From the NCBI GenBank assembly GCA_046350775.1, contig JAXLZS010000001.1:156379-220378 (forward strand): 64,000 bases of DNA, in the 5' to 3' direction. The notes beneath the pieces were generated by a model that saw only the letters and a program-made list of their open reading frames with translations, was not told where the DNA came from and made no database searches. The translations under genes and the position numbers were made by a program. Below, in pieces: positions 9,355 through 19,985 of the stretch. Position 1 is the first letter of the stretch. Each line of letters starts with the position of its first letter. Origin of the DNA: Minisyncoccota bacterium. GTDB taxonomy: Bacteria > Patescibacteriota > Minisyncoccia > Phycocordibacterales > UBA5272.

Positions 9355-9915
9355 ATGCAAGAAAATGATTTAAAAATTCAAGAAAAGATATCGGCTATTT
9401 TGTTCTTGTACAATGATTCTATAAGTATTTCTAAAATAAAAGAATTTTTAAATAATGATGACATAAAAGATGAGGAGTTAATTAAAAATTTAGAAAATTT
9501 AAATGATTATCTAAATAAAATAGGACTAACTTTAATAAAAAAAGAAAATAAAAATTTTGACAAGATAGAACTCACCATTGCTGTAAAAAAAGAATTATCG
9601 GAAATAGCAAAAATGATAAAAAAGGATGAGCTTGAAGGAGAATTGACTCCAGCCGCTCTACAAGTAATGACAATATGTGCATATTTAGATTCGCCAACCA
9701 AAAATGAAATTTCTTTCATAAGAGGAGTCCAGTCTTCTCAGAGTATAAGATCTCTTTCTGCTAGAGGCCTTTTAAAAAGAGAAGGGGAAAGATACTCTCT
9801 TTCTATTGATGCTATTAAAAGTCTCGGGATAAGTAGCCTACAGGATCTTCCAGAATATGAAAAAATAAAAAAAGATTTTGAGGAAAGATTGAAAGATATT
9901 TTAAAAGAAGAATAA
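9355..9915 (+). CDS. scpB: segregation and condensation protein B
   Basis: Size, position directly after scpA, and the ISAILFLYNDSISISKIKEFL winged-helix N-terminus. Confidence 0.6.
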   Translation: MQENDLKIQEKISAILFLYNDSISISKIKEFLNNDDIKDEELIKNLENLNDYLNKIGLTLIKKENKNFDKIELTIAVKKELSEIAKMIKKDELEGELTPAALQVMTICAYLDSPTKNEISFIRGVQSSQSIRSLSARGLLKREGERYSLSIDAIKSLGISSLQDLPEYEKIKKDFEERLKDILKEE

Positions 9916-9918
9916 AAT

Positions 9919-10923
9919 ATGAATAGTAAAAAAAGAAAAGAAGATATAGTTGAGCATGGTCATATACACAATCTTGGTATTTCTACTGTGATATTTTTTT
10001 TTGTATTGATAATTTTTTTTAATTCAGCGCCTATAATATTTTCCAGTTCTTATAATAGATTTAATTCTTTAGTGGCATCCTTTAATTCTTTCAATAAAAA
10101 ACTTTTACAAAATAGTCTATCTAAAATTAACGCCACACAACAAGAAAGAGATTATTCTTCACTTCAAAATGTATTTGTTGAAGCAAAAAGTTATGTCATA
10201 TACGATGTTAACAATAAAAAAATCTTAGCAAGTAAAAACGAAGATCAGATTTTGCCATTAGCATCATTAACAAAAATCGTGACAGCAATAACAGCTATAA
10301 AAATAGCCTCAGAAGATACAGATATTATAATAAGGAAAGATTATATGAGAAAAGATGAAAATCTGGACATAGGCATGAAAGTAGACCAGAAATGGAAACT
10401 CAAGGAGCTCTTAAAATATGCATTGACAGTATCTTCAAATTCTTCTATGGACATTATAGCGAGTACTGTTAGTAGTTCTAATTCGAGCTTTGTAAATAGC
10501 ATGAACGACTATGTAAAAGAGTTGGGTTTTAAAAATTTCAATTTTAAATCTGCATCTGGTCTTGATTATGGAGACGAAATAGGAGGAGAGGGTAGTGCTT
10601 TAGAATATGCAAAATTATTTGCAAAATCTTATGAATTGATACCTGAAATAATGTCTTATACTGTGAATTCAAAAGTAAATTTAGATTCTGGCACGAAAAA
10701 AATATATCAAGTACCAAATACAAATCAAAAAGCTAGCTCTATAATAGGTCTCATGGCTTCTAAGACTGGCTACACAACTGCCGCAGGTGGAAATTTAGCA
10801 GTATTAGTAAATCTCGATGTGAATAGACCAATAGTAATAGTGGTTTTAGGATCTTCTTTGACTGGAAGATTTGAGGACGTAAATAGACTCCATAATGCAG
10901 TAGAAAAGATATTTCAAAAATAA
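9919..10923 (+). CDS. dacA: D-alanyl-D-alanine carboxypeptidase (serine-type, PBP5/6-like), membrane-anchored
   Basis: SxxK (ASLTK), SxN (SSNSS) and KTG (SKTGYT) motifs. Confidence 0.7.
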   Translation: MNSKKRKEDIVEHGHIHNLGISTVIFFFVLIIFFNSAPIIFSSSYNRFNSLVASFNSFNKKLLQNSLSKINATQQERDYSSLQNVFVEAKSYVIYDVNNKKILASKNEDQILPLASLTKIVTAITAIKIASEDTDIIIRKDYMRKDENLDIGMKVDQKWKLKELLKYALTVSSNSSMDIIASTVSSSNSSFVNSMNDYVKELGFKNFNFKSASGLDYGDEIGGEGSALEYAKLFAKSYELIPEIMSYTVNSKVNLDSGTKKIYQVPNTNQKASSIIGLMASKTGYTTAAGGNLAVLVNLDVNRPIVIVVLGSSLTGRFEDVNRLHNAVEKIFQK

Positions 10924-11007
10924 TCAATTTTCGTCAATATTTTAAAGAAAATTTTACGTGTTATAATCAAATAATTATAAGAATAATAACATTTATCAAT
11001 AATTAAT

Positions 11008-12114
11008 ATGAACCCAGATATTGTGGGACGTAGTCCTGAATTAGTCATTACTTCACTTTCTATATTTAAAATATTGTGGCCAACTATCACAGCTTTCTTT
11101 TTTGGTATAATCATCACTCCTTTCATATCAAGATTTTTGTATAAAAATAAATTTTGGAAGAAAAAAAATATTCAATCAACAATAGATGGTCAGCAAGCTA
11201 CCATAACAGCTTCTATATTAAATGATGGGAAAAAAGAGACACCTAGAATGGGGGGATTGATAATAGTATTTGCTGTTTTGTTTTCAATTTTATTTTATTA
11301 TTTTTTGCCATATATTATAACTGGACATCACATAGTAGAAAAATTAAATTTTATCTCAAGAAATCAAACTTGGCTACCTATAGCAATATTTATTTTCGCA
11401 GCAATTGTAGGTCTTGTAGATGATCTTGCTTCTGTAGGATCCATGAGTATAAAAAATAAACACGGTGAGGCTGGTATGCCTCTAAAAATCAGAATAATTT
11501 TTATAATTTTATTCGGATTGATAGCTGGAGCTTGGTTTTATTTCAAGTTGAATTTTGATTATATACATATTCCTTTTTTTGGCAATCTCCACCTAGGAGT
11601 CTACATGATACTTTTTTTTGTATTTTTGTTTTTAGCAAGCTATGGAGCATCAAATATAGATGGATTAGACGGCTTGTCCGGAGGGCTTTTTACGATTATA
11701 TTTTCTAGCTATGGAATAATAGCTCTAATAAATAATCAGATAGATATAGCAACTCTTTGTTTTGTAGTTGTTGGCTCAATATTGGCATTTTTGTGGTTTA
11801 ATATTTCACCAGCAAGATTTTATTTATCAGAAGTAGGATATATGCCTCTTGCTATACTTTTGGCCATGATCTCCATAATGACTAATGCTGCGATATTGTT
11901 AATAATAATAGCAATGCCTTTTGTAATCACAGAAGCCACTACAATATTACAACTTTTATCTAAAAAGTTTAGACACAAAAAAATCTTTCCAGTAACACCT
12001 ATACATAATACTTTTGTATACCTTGGATGGTCTCGTGAAAAAGTAGTTATGAGATATTGGATATTTTCTTCAGTCTTCGCTTTTTTGGGTCTGGCTATAT
12101 ATTTAATATCTTAA
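11008..12114 (+). CDS. mraY: phospho-N-acetylmuramoyl-pentapeptide transferase
   Basis: PRMGGL and NIDGLDGLSGG motifs. About 10 TM helices. Confidence 0.85.
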   Translation: MNPDIVGRSPELVITSLSIFKILWPTITAFFFGIIITPFISRFLYKNKFWKKKNIQSTIDGQQATITASILNDGKKETPRMGGLIIVFAVLFSILFYYFLPYIITGHHIVEKLNFISRNQTWLPIAIFIFAAIVGLVDDLASVGSMSIKNKHGEAGMPLKIRIIFIILFGLIAGAWFYFKLNFDYIHIPFFGNLHLGVYMILFFVFLFLASYGASNIDGLDGLSGGLFTIIFSSYGIIALINNQIDIATLCFVVVGSILAFLWFNISPARFYLSEVGYMPLAILLAMISIMTNAAILLIIIAMPFVITEATTILQLLSKKFRHKKIFPVTPIHNTFVYLGWSREKVVMRYWIFSSVFAFLGLAIYLIS

Positions 12115-12115
12115 T

Positions 12116-13228
12116 ATGCAAAGAATAATCAGTAAATTAAAAGTAGACAAAGCTTTCTTAATTTCAACTGTAGTGCTTTTGTTTTTAGGAATAATAATTT
12201 TTCTTTCAGCTTCTCTTGGTATACTACCTTCAAATGAGTTAAAATTTTTCGCAATAATAAAATCTCAACTATTATACGTTTTTGTATTTGGCTCAATAGC
12301 TCTTTATATCGGATCAAAGATAAATTATAAATATTACAAAAAGTATTCTATTATTTTATTTGCAATTTCAATTCTTGGAGCATTTTTAGTTTTTGTTCCA
12401 GGATTAGGTTTTTATTATAATGGGGCGCATCGCTGGATACACATATTTTCTATTTCTATTCAGCCAAGTGAAATGATAAAGCTTACAAGTGTTATTTTAG
12501 TAGCTTTTTTTTGCAATAAATATAAAAAGAAATTTTCTGATTACAAATATGGATTAATACCTTTTGCAGGATTTGTGGTTCTAGTAGCAGGAACACTATT
12601 GTTACAAAGAGATTTTGGGACTTTACTTATAATCCTTTCTTCTTCTTTTTTAGTGTTTTTTGTTGGTGGCGCAAAGATGAGAGATATCTTGATTTTAGTC
12701 TTAAGTGGAATATTGTTGTTTCTTTTATTAATAGAAGTCAGACCTTATATGAAAGAAAGAGTTTTGACTTTTGTTGATCCAAGTAGAGAATTACTCGGAG
12801 CAGGATATCAGTTAAATCAATCTTTGATTGCTGTAGGATCTGGAAATATATTTGGTAGAGGAATAGGTCAATCTATACAAAAGTTTAACTATCTTCCAGA
12901 ACAAATATCGGACTCTATTTTTCCTGTCTTTGCTGAAGAAACAGGCTTTGTAGGATCTCTGATTTTACTTTTTATATTCTTATTTATAATAATAAGAGGA
13001 ATACATATTGCAAAATACACGACTGATGAATTTGGAAAACTTTTAGCTATTGGGATAGTCTCGATTTTTCTATTTCAAACAGTCTTAAATATTAGCTCAT
13101 CAATAGGTATTGCCCCTTTGACAGGGGTGCCGCTGCCTTTTATATCAAAAGGAGGAACTTCTTTGGTATTTCTACTGTTTGAATTTGGAATACTTTTAAA
13201 TATTTCAAAATACAGAATCAGATTGTAA
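12116..13228 (+). CDS. ftsW: SEDS-family peptidoglycan glycosyltransferase (FtsW/RodA)
   Basis: IQPSEMIKL motif (the QPSEF region). Polytopic. Adjacent to mraY upstream and mreB downstream. Confidence 0.8.
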   Translation: MQRIISKLKVDKAFLISTVVLLFLGIIIFLSASLGILPSNELKFFAIIKSQLLYVFVFGSIALYIGSKINYKYYKKYSIILFAISILGAFLVFVPGLGFYYNGAHRWIHIFSISIQPSEMIKLTSVILVAFFCNKYKKKFSDYKYGLIPFAGFVVLVAGTLLLQRDFGTLLIILSSSFLVFFVGGAKMRDILILVLSGILLFLLLIEVRPYMKERVLTFVDPSRELLGAGYQLNQSLIAVGSGNIFGRGIGQSIQKFNYLPEQISDSIFPVFAEETGFVGSLILLFIFLFIIIRGIHIAKYTTDEFGKLLAIGIVSIFLFQTVLNISSSIGIAPLTGVPLPFISKGGTSLVFLLFEFGILLNISKYRIRL

Positions 13229-13285
13229 TCTTTTATTTATTTGGTCAAGTTTTAAGTTTTATGATAAAATAGACATATTAAAACT

Positions 13286-14299
13286 ATGTCTATTTTTATT
13301 AAAAAACTCGGTATAGATTTGGGTACAGAGAATACTCTTGTTTATGTTCCTGATAGAGGGATTGTGGTAAATGAACCATCTGTAGTAGCTATTTCTAAAG
13401 ATGAAAATAAAATATTAGCTATTGGAAACAAAGCAAAAGAAATGATAGGAAAAACCCCGGACGCTATTATAGCTTACAAGCCAATGCGTGATGGCGTGAT
13501 AGCAGACTATAAAGTCACAGAGATAATGTTGAAATACTACATAGACAAAGCTCTGCCAAAATTTAATATTTTCAAACCTGAAATAATGGTCTCTGTACCA
13601 AGTGGAGTCACGAGCACAGAAAGAAGATCGGTGATTGAAGTGACTGTAAAAGCTGGTGCAAAAAATGCTTATGTAGTAAAAGAGCCTGTATTAGCAGCTA
13701 TAGGTGCAGGGATACCAATTCATGAAGCTAGAGGAAGAATAATAGTAGACATTGGGGGAGGAACAACGGATGTGGCCGTGATATCTCTTGGAGGTATAGT
13801 GTGTGCCAACTCTATAAAATGTGCCGGAAATAAAATAGATAAAGCCATAATAGATTATATGAAAAAGGTTCACAATCTGATAATTGGAGACCAAACTGCT
13901 GAAGAAATGAAAATCCAGATCGGATCAGCTTTGCCTTTAGAAGAAGAATTATCAATGAATGTCAAAGGTAGAGATTCTCAGTCTGGCCTTCCAACAACAA
14001 TAGAAATAAAAACAAATGAAATCACCAAAGCTATAGACAAAGAACTCAAACAAATAATCTCAGCAATAAAAACAGTGCTTCAAGAGACTCCACCAGAATT
14101 ATCAAGAGATATAATAGATAATGGGATTATAATGAGTGGAGGATCTTCAATGTTGCGCCATTTCCCTGTATTGGTAGAGAGAAGGACAGGAGTAAAAGCG
14201 GAAGTGGCCACTGATCCTATTTTTTGTGTATCAAAAGGTACAGGTCACGCACTATCTCATCTTGATGTATACAAGAAATCAATTTTAGCAAAAAGATAA
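13286..14299 (+). CDS. mreB: rod-shape-determining actin homologue MreB
   Basis: GIDLGTENTLVY phosphate-1 motif and DIGGGTTD phosphate-2 motif. Confidence 0.9.
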   Translation: MSIFIKKLGIDLGTENTLVYVPDRGIVVNEPSVVAISKDENKILAIGNKAKEMIGKTPDAIIAYKPMRDGVIADYKVTEIMLKYYIDKALPKFNIFKPEIMVSVPSGVTSTERRSVIEVTVKAGAKNAYVVKEPVLAAIGAGIPIHEARGRIIVDIGGGTTDVAVISLGGIVCANSIKCAGNKIDKAIIDYMKKVHNLIIGDQTAEEMKIQIGSALPLEEELSMNVKGRDSQSGLPTTIEIKTNEITKAIDKELKQIISAIKTVLQETPPELSRDIIDNGIIMSGGSSMLRHFPVLVERRTGVKAEVATDPIFCVSKGTGHALSHLDVYKKSILAKR

Positions 14300-14325
14300 A
14301 AATTGTTTATTTAATAATTTTAATC

Positions 14326-15084
14326 ATGGATAAAAATAATAATAAAAATCTAGAAAATCTTTTTGAAGAATTTAATAGTTCTTTTCATCATGCCTTTTTA
14401 TTTGAAAGCGAGGAAAGAGAAAAAGATTTTGAATATTTTAAAGATAAGATAGAAAAAGAAAGAACAAATGAAAATGAAAATTTGTTTTTAAAATTAAAAA
14501 TATTAGATATAAATAAAGCTAGAGAAATAATAGAATATGGTAAGACTGATTTTGAAAAACCACATTTTATTGTAGTTTCTTTTTATTCTATAAATAGAGA
14601 AGCACAAAATGCTCTTTTGAAATTTTTAGAAGAAGTTGGCAAAAATATAAAGATATTATTTATAATCCATGCTGGAGCTAAAATCTTGAGCACTGTGCAA
14701 TCTAGAATGTACAGACTTAATTCATCTTTCCAAAAAAAAGACACAAATAATGAAGACAATGAAATAGAATCTTTAGTTAAAGAATTTTTAAAATCTAAAA
14801 AACTTTCAAGAATGAAATTAAGAGAAATGGTAGAGCTGTTGGCAAAAAAAGATGAGTATGCGTTAGAAAATGAAGATAAAGAAAGATCTGACAGAGAGAT
14901 AGTAGAAAAATTTTTAATATTTTTACATAAAAATGTTTTTGCTTTTTATAAGAAAAACAAAGATAGGAATCTGCTAGAAAATCTAAAAGAAATAGAAGAA
15001 AATATAAAATATATAAAAAATAACTCTAGTAGTGGAAAAATTATACTAGAATACTTATCTCTAAAACTCCCAGAAATCAGTTAA
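14326..15084 (+). CDS. holB: DNA polymerase III delta-prime-like subunit (degenerate clamp-loader subunit; no Walker A)
   Basis: HAFLFES box and sensor-like STVQSRMYRL (resembles TIRSRC). Synteny is weak. Confidence 0.4.
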   Translation: MDKNNNKNLENLFEEFNSSFHHAFLFESEEREKDFEYFKDKIEKERTNENENLFLKLKILDINKAREIIEYGKTDFEKPHFIVVSFYSINREAQNALLKFLEEVGKNIKILFIIHAGAKILSTVQSRMYRLNSSFQKKDTNNEDNEIESLVKEFLKSKKLSRMKLREMVELLAKKDEYALENEDKERSDREIVEKFLIFLHKNVFAFYKKNKDRNLLENLKEIEENIKYIKNNSSSGKIILEYLSLKLPEIS

Positions 15085-15129
15085 TTTTTAATATCTTTTG
15101 TGCTATAATCCTCTCATAAAACAAAAATT

Positions 15130-15684
15130 ATGTCATACGATTTTAAAAAATTTAAAGAAGAAAAAGATAAGATTATATCTTATTTATCTTCAGAATACAG
15201 AAGTATTCAAACTGGAGCAGCTACTCCTCAGGTCCTCGATCTGATAAATGTGGACGCTTATGGATCTAAAATGCATATCTCACACATAGCTTCTATAAAC
15301 ATCGAAAGTCCAGCAAATTTACTTCTTTCACCTTATGATAAAACACTTTTGAAAGATATAGAAAAAGCTATCAATGAAGCTGATTTAGGATTATCTGTGG
15401 CTAGTGATTCTGAAGGTTTACGTGTTTATTTTCCAAAACCAACTACAGAATCACGTCAAAAAATGATAAAAATAATCAAAGAAAAATTAGAAGAGTCTAG
15501 AGTAAAAATTAGAGGATTAAGGGAAGAAAATAAGAAAGATATAGAAAAAGCTTGTAAAGAAGGAGAATACGGAAAAGATGAAGAAGCAAAATATTTGGAA
15601 GAATTACAAAATCTTGTCTCTTCCGCAAACAATGAACTTGAAAATATTTATTCTAAGAAAGAAAAAGATATTTTAGGAGAATAA
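15130..15684 (+). CDS. frr: ribosome recycling factor
   Basis: Full-length similarity to the RRF fold: IQTGAATPQVLD...GLRVYFPKPTTESRQKMIK. Confidence 0.85.
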   Translation: MSYDFKKFKEEKDKIISYLSSEYRSIQTGAATPQVLDLINVDAYGSKMHISHIASINIESPANLLLSPYDKTLLKDIEKAINEADLGLSVASDSEGLRVYFPKPTTESRQKMIKIIKEKLEESRVKIRGLREENKKDIEKACKEGEYGKDEEAKYLEELQNLVSSANNELENIYSKKEKDILGE

Positions 15685-15689
15685 AAAAT

Positions 15690-16871
15690 ATGACTATTAT
15701 AATTTTTATCATAATATTATTAGTCTTAGTCTTGATACATGAAGCTGGTCATTTTTTTGCAGCAAAATTATCAGGAGTCAGAGTAGACGAATTTGCTTTT
15801 GGATTTCCGCCAAAGCTTTATTCTATAAAAAAAGGAGAGACTAATTATGTCTTTAACGCTTTACCACTAGGAGGATATGTAAAGATCTTTGGAGAAAATG
15901 GAGATAAAAATTCTAACGATTTAAATAAAAAAGAATTAAAAGACGAGACAAATTTTGTAAACAAAAATCCTTTTATAAAAATATTTATATTAGCGGCTGG
16001 AGTAATAATGAATTTTGTCTTGGCTTATTTATTGATAACTGCCTCATTTTATATTGGGACCACATTCCAAATTGACAGAAATAGTTCTGAATATAAAAAA
16101 TTTTCTAGTGAAGGAAGAATAAGGAGTGAATACATTGTAATATCTCAGGTTGTAAATAATTCTCCAGCCAAAAATGCTGGACTAACTCCAGGATTGAAAA
16201 TAGAAAAGATTTATCTAAATCAAGAAAGCTCTGTCGGTAAAGTAGCCTCAAAACAATCTGTGGATTTACGTAAAAATGGAGATGAAGTAGCTCAAAATAT
16301 TTCAGAAAAATTGAATTCTGGTGATGCTGACTCTATCACTATAATCTATCTAAATAAAAAAGGTGTAGAAGAGACTACCACGATATCTGGAGTATACGGT
16401 CTAGATGGTAATACAGAAAAAAGATTAACCGGGCTATCTTTTACAAAATTTGCCATCGTAAATCTATCTATACCAGAAACTATCACAACTGGATATAAAA
16501 ATACAATGATGATAACTAAGGGCACATTAGTAGGATTTAAGGATTTATTTTTAAATTTATTTAAAAAAGGAGAAATATCTAGTGAAATCTCTGGTCCAGT
16601 AGGCATATTTAATATGGTGGCCCAAGCTAGTCAATTTGGTTTTAGCTATGTACTTCTTTTTGCTGCAATACTGTCTATATCACTAGCAATATTTAACATA
16701 CTACCTTTTCCAGCTTTAGATGGAGGAAGAATACTATTTGTGATTATAGAGTCTATTACTCACAAAAAAATATCTGAAAAATGGCAAACCATATTAAATG
16801 GTATAGGATTTATAATATTGATACTACTAATGATAGTAGTATCTGTAAGAGATATAATGAAATTTTTCTAG
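15690..16871 (+). CDS. rseP: site-2 protease RseP (M50 zinc metalloprotease with PDZ domain)
   Basis: HEAGHF HExxH motif in TM1 and LDG motif (PALDGGR) near the C-terminus. Confidence 0.8.
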   Translation: MTIIIFIIILLVLVLIHEAGHFFAAKLSGVRVDEFAFGFPPKLYSIKKGETNYVFNALPLGGYVKIFGENGDKNSNDLNKKELKDETNFVNKNPFIKIFILAAGVIMNFVLAYLLITASFYIGTTFQIDRNSSEYKKFSSEGRIRSEYIVISQVVNNSPAKNAGLTPGLKIEKIYLNQESSVGKVASKQSVDLRKNGDEVAQNISEKLNSGDADSITIIYLNKKGVEETTTISGVYGLDGNTEKRLTGLSFTKFAIVNLSIPETITTGYKNTMMITKGTLVGFKDLFLNLFKKGEISSEISGPVGIFNMVAQASQFGFSYVLLFAAILSISLAIFNILPFPALDGGRILFVIIESITHKKISEKWQTILNGIGFIILILLMIVVSVRDIMKFF

Positions 16872-16910
16872 ATAATTTTATGATATTATAAAGTTATAAC
16901 ATTAAAATCT

Positions 16911-18029
16911 ATGAAAATAATTTTAACTGGAGCCGGAGGAGGACACTTTTACCCTTTAATAGCTGTAGCTGAAAGAGTAAAAAAAGAAGCGGTCGACGAA
17001 AAGATAATCGACACTGAAATATTTTTCTTATCAGACAAACCATATAATCAGGATCTGCTAAAAAGTAAAAATATAGAATTTATAAAAATACCAGCTGGAA
17101 AAATGAGGCTCTATTTTTCTTTAGATAATTTTTTTGATCCTATAAAATCTTTTTTTGGATTTTTTGTGGCTCTTTATCATGTGTTTAAAATATATCCAGA
17201 TGTCGTCTTTACAAAGGGGGGATACGCCAGTATTCCAGTACTTTTTGCCGCCAAAGTTTTATTTATACCAATCTTTATGCACGAAAGTGATTCTGCTCCT
17301 GGTAAAAGTAATTTGCTAGCCGGAAAGTTTTCAAAAAGAATCGCGACCAGCTATGTTTCAGCTGTAAAATATTTTAATCCAAAAAAGACAGCTTATACAG
17401 GCCAACCAATAATGGAAGAATATCTGCCTACTAAAGAAATATTAGAAAAGAAGAAAAGTAATTTTGACTCTGATTCTAGAAAAACTATATTTATACAAGG
17501 GGCTTCACAAGGTAGCGAAACTATAAATAATATAGTATTAGAATCTTTACCTGAATTATTGGAGAAATATAATGTTATTCATCAGACAGGCGATCTACAT
17601 GTGAACAATATCAAAATAGCTAGTGAATTATTATTAAAAAATAATCCAAACAGAGAAAATTATTATTTCTTTGGCTCTGGAGATTTAAGCAAATATTATG
17701 AGTCCGCAGATCTGATAATTTCTAGAGCAGGATCATCTCTTTTTGAATTTGCAGCCTGGGGTATACCTTCAATCGTCATACCAATCACAATTAGCAATAA
17801 AAACCATCAAATGCTAAATGCATATACTTTTGAAAAAGCTGGCTGCTCTCTAGTCATAGAAGAGGCGAATTTAAAAAAGAATTTATTATTAAATAATATA
17901 AATCAAATTTTAGAAAATAAAGACAAATACAATCAAATGAGAACTGCCAATTTAAATTCATTTAAATCTGGTGCTGCAGAGACCATTGCAAAAGAGATTG
18001 TAAAAATTGGTTTGTCACACAATTATTAA
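16911..18029 (+). CDS. murG: undecaprenyldiphospho-muramoylpentapeptide beta-N-acetylglucosaminyltransferase
   Basis: N-terminal LTGAGGGHFYPLIAVA G-loop. GT28 C-terminal domain. Confidence 0.8.
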   Translation: MKIILTGAGGGHFYPLIAVAERVKKEAVDEKIIDTEIFFLSDKPYNQDLLKSKNIEFIKIPAGKMRLYFSLDNFFDPIKSFFGFFVALYHVFKIYPDVVFTKGGYASIPVLFAAKVLFIPIFMHESDSAPGKSNLLAGKFSKRIATSYVSAVKYFNPKKTAYTGQPIMEEYLPTKEILEKKKSNFDSDSRKTIFIQGASQGSETINNIVLESLPELLEKYNVIHQTGDLHVNNIKIASELLLKNNPNRENYYFFGSGDLSKYYESADLIISRAGSSLFEFAAWGIPSIVIPITISNKNHQMLNAYTFEKAGCSLVIEEANLKKNLLLNNINQILENKDKYNQMRTANLNSFKSGAAETIAKEIVKIGLSHNY

Positions 18030-18043
18030 AATAAAATATAATA

Positions 18044-18061
18044 TTGTCAAGTCTTAAAAAT
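18044..18061 (+). promoter_or_regulatory. same motif upstream of serS
   Basis: ttgtcaagtcttaaaaat. Confidence 0.55.
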
Positions 18062-18115
18062 CCTTATTTTATGATATTATTTTATTATTAACAATATATA
18101 AAACTTTATAAACTT

Positions 18116-19399
18116 ATGCTTGATATTAAATTCATCAGGGAAAATTCTGATCTCATAAAAATGGCAGCTTCTAAAAAACATTTATCTTTTAATGTCGATG
18201 AGCTAATTGAAGTAGATAAAAAGAGAATTGATCTACTTCAAAAAGTAGAAGATCTAAGAGCAAAACAAAACTCAGTCTCTATTGAAATTCCAAAAGCTGC
18301 TCCAGAAGACAAAGCTAAAAAAATAGAAGAAATGAGTGTTGTAAAAAATGAGCTTAAAGATCTAGAGACAGAATTAGATAAAATCATGGAGTCTTGGAGA
18401 AATCTAATGCTAAAAGTACCAAATGTTCCAGATATGTCAGTACCAGAGGGAGATACTGACGCAGACAATCAAGAAGTGAAAAAATGGGGCAATCCAAAAA
18501 CTGAAAATGAATTTGGATTTAAGCCAAAAGATCATATTGAGATCATGGAGGGACAAGACTGGGTAGATTTTGAAAGAGGGATAAAAACATCTGGCTTTCG
18601 TGGATATTTCTTAAAAGGAGAAGCTGCACTACTTGATGTGGCTATCTGGCAATACGGGATGCAAAGATGGGGAGAAAAAGGATTTGTGCCAATGCTGGTA
18701 CCATCACTAGTAAAAAAAGAGACCTTGCTAGGATCTGGATATCTTCCTCAAGGACAAGATGACCTTTATAATGACATCGACGGTGACTATTTTGCAGGTA
18801 CTGGTGAAGTAGCTACAATGTATTATCACGCTGGAGAAATTTTAGAAAAAAAAGATTTACCAAAAAAATTTATTTCATTTTCTCCATGTTTTCGTAAAGA
18901 AGCTGGAGCTCATGGAAAAGATACAAAAGGACTTTATCGTGTACATGAATTTATGAAGCTAGAGCAAGTCATACTCTGTGAAGCAAATCATGAAGAATCT
19001 GTAAAATATCACGAGGAACTCACTTTGCACGCCGAAGAAGTGCTAGAGCAATTTAATATACCTTATCATCGTGTGGTCAACTGTGGCGGAGATCTTGGTC
19101 TTGGACAAGTTAAAAAATATGATCTAGAGGCTTGGATGCCAAGCAAAAATAAATATGGAGAGACAAATTCATCATCTTATTTTCATGATTTTCAAACAAG
19201 AAGACTCAATATCAGATATCGTGACGATGATGGTAAACTAAAATTTGTACACTCACTCAATAATACAGCGATAGCTACACCAAGACTCTTGCTCATGATA
19301 ATAGAAAATTATCAAAATTCTGATGGTACAGTCACAGTACCAGAGGCTCTGGTACCTCTCATGGGTGGCAAAAAAATAATCGGTAAACCAATCTTCTAA
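18116..19399 (+). CDS. serS: seryl-tRNA synthetase
   Basis: MLDIKFIREN N-terminus, coiled-coil arm, and class II motifs (FRKEAGAHGKDTKGLYRVHEF; GETNSSSYF). Confidence 0.9.
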   Translation: MLDIKFIRENSDLIKMAASKKHLSFNVDELIEVDKKRIDLLQKVEDLRAKQNSVSIEIPKAAPEDKAKKIEEMSVVKNELKDLETELDKIMESWRNLMLKVPNVPDMSVPEGDTDADNQEVKKWGNPKTENEFGFKPKDHIEIMEGQDWVDFERGIKTSGFRGYFLKGEAALLDVAIWQYGMQRWGEKGFVPMLVPSLVKKETLLGSGYLPQGQDDLYNDIDGDYFAGTGEVATMYYHAGEILEKKDLPKKFISFSPCFRKEAGAHGKDTKGLYRVHEFMKLEQVILCEANHEESVKYHEELTLHAEEVLEQFNIPYHRVVNCGGDLGLGQVKKYDLEAWMPSKNKYGETNSSSYFHDFQTRRLNIRYRDDDGKLKFVHSLNNTAIATPRLLLMIIENYQNSDGTVTVPEALVPLMGGKKIIGKPIF

Positions 19400-19419
19400 T
19401 ATTAATTTAATTAAAATTA

Positions 19420-19971
19420 ATGCAAATTGTGACAAAGAAAAAATCTAAAAGAAGACTAAAAAGAGGATTTAAAATTATATTAATTTTGATAATATTTTTA
19501 TCTATTTTAATTGCAACTTTTTTTACCATTAAAAAAAATAATATTTATCCTTTTGATAAAAAAGAAGAAATAAAAGAATCTAATCAAGAGATTGTAGAAA
19601 TGAATACTGACAGTAATCTTGATCCATTTTCTAAGCTCTTTAAACTAAGACTTCCTAGTCAACGTCTAGAATATTTTAAGAGTGGTGAGATTTCTGAAAA
19701 TGGTGATATGAAAATCTATCTCAAAAATACTAATCAAGATTCTGGCTATCTATTTGTAAATACCAATGATGATCCGAGTTTTGTCTGGATAACATTTGTC
19801 TCGGCAATAGCCGGAGATCCACTCAAATCCTCTCTGACAAATAATCTAAAAAATCTAAACTATATAGATCTTCGATTTAAAAATAAAGTATTTTATAAAT
19901 TTGAAAATAAATCTATTTCTACAAACAACACTGATAATAATAGCTCTACAACTTCAACAAGTATCAGATAA
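19420..19971 (+). CDS. hypothetical membrane-anchored protein
   Basis: Single N-terminal TM helix. No recognisable domain. Confidence 0.35.
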   Translation: MQIVTKKKSKRRLKRGFKIILILIIFLSILIATFFTIKKNNIYPFDKKEEIKESNQEIVEMNTDSNLDPFSKLFKLRLPSQRLEYFKSGEISENGDMKIYLKNTNQDSGYLFVNTNDDPSFVWITFVSAIAGDPLKSSLTNNLKNLNYIDLRFKNKVFYKFENKSISTNNTDNNSSTTSTSIR

Positions 19972-19985
19972 TATAAATAAAAAAA

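Noticed and set aside
18030-18115. T-box leaders upstream of serS, proS, gltX, cysS, trpS
   Set aside because: Intergenic regions are under 100 nt, far too short for T-box riboswitches, and no specifier/antiterminator structure is evident.
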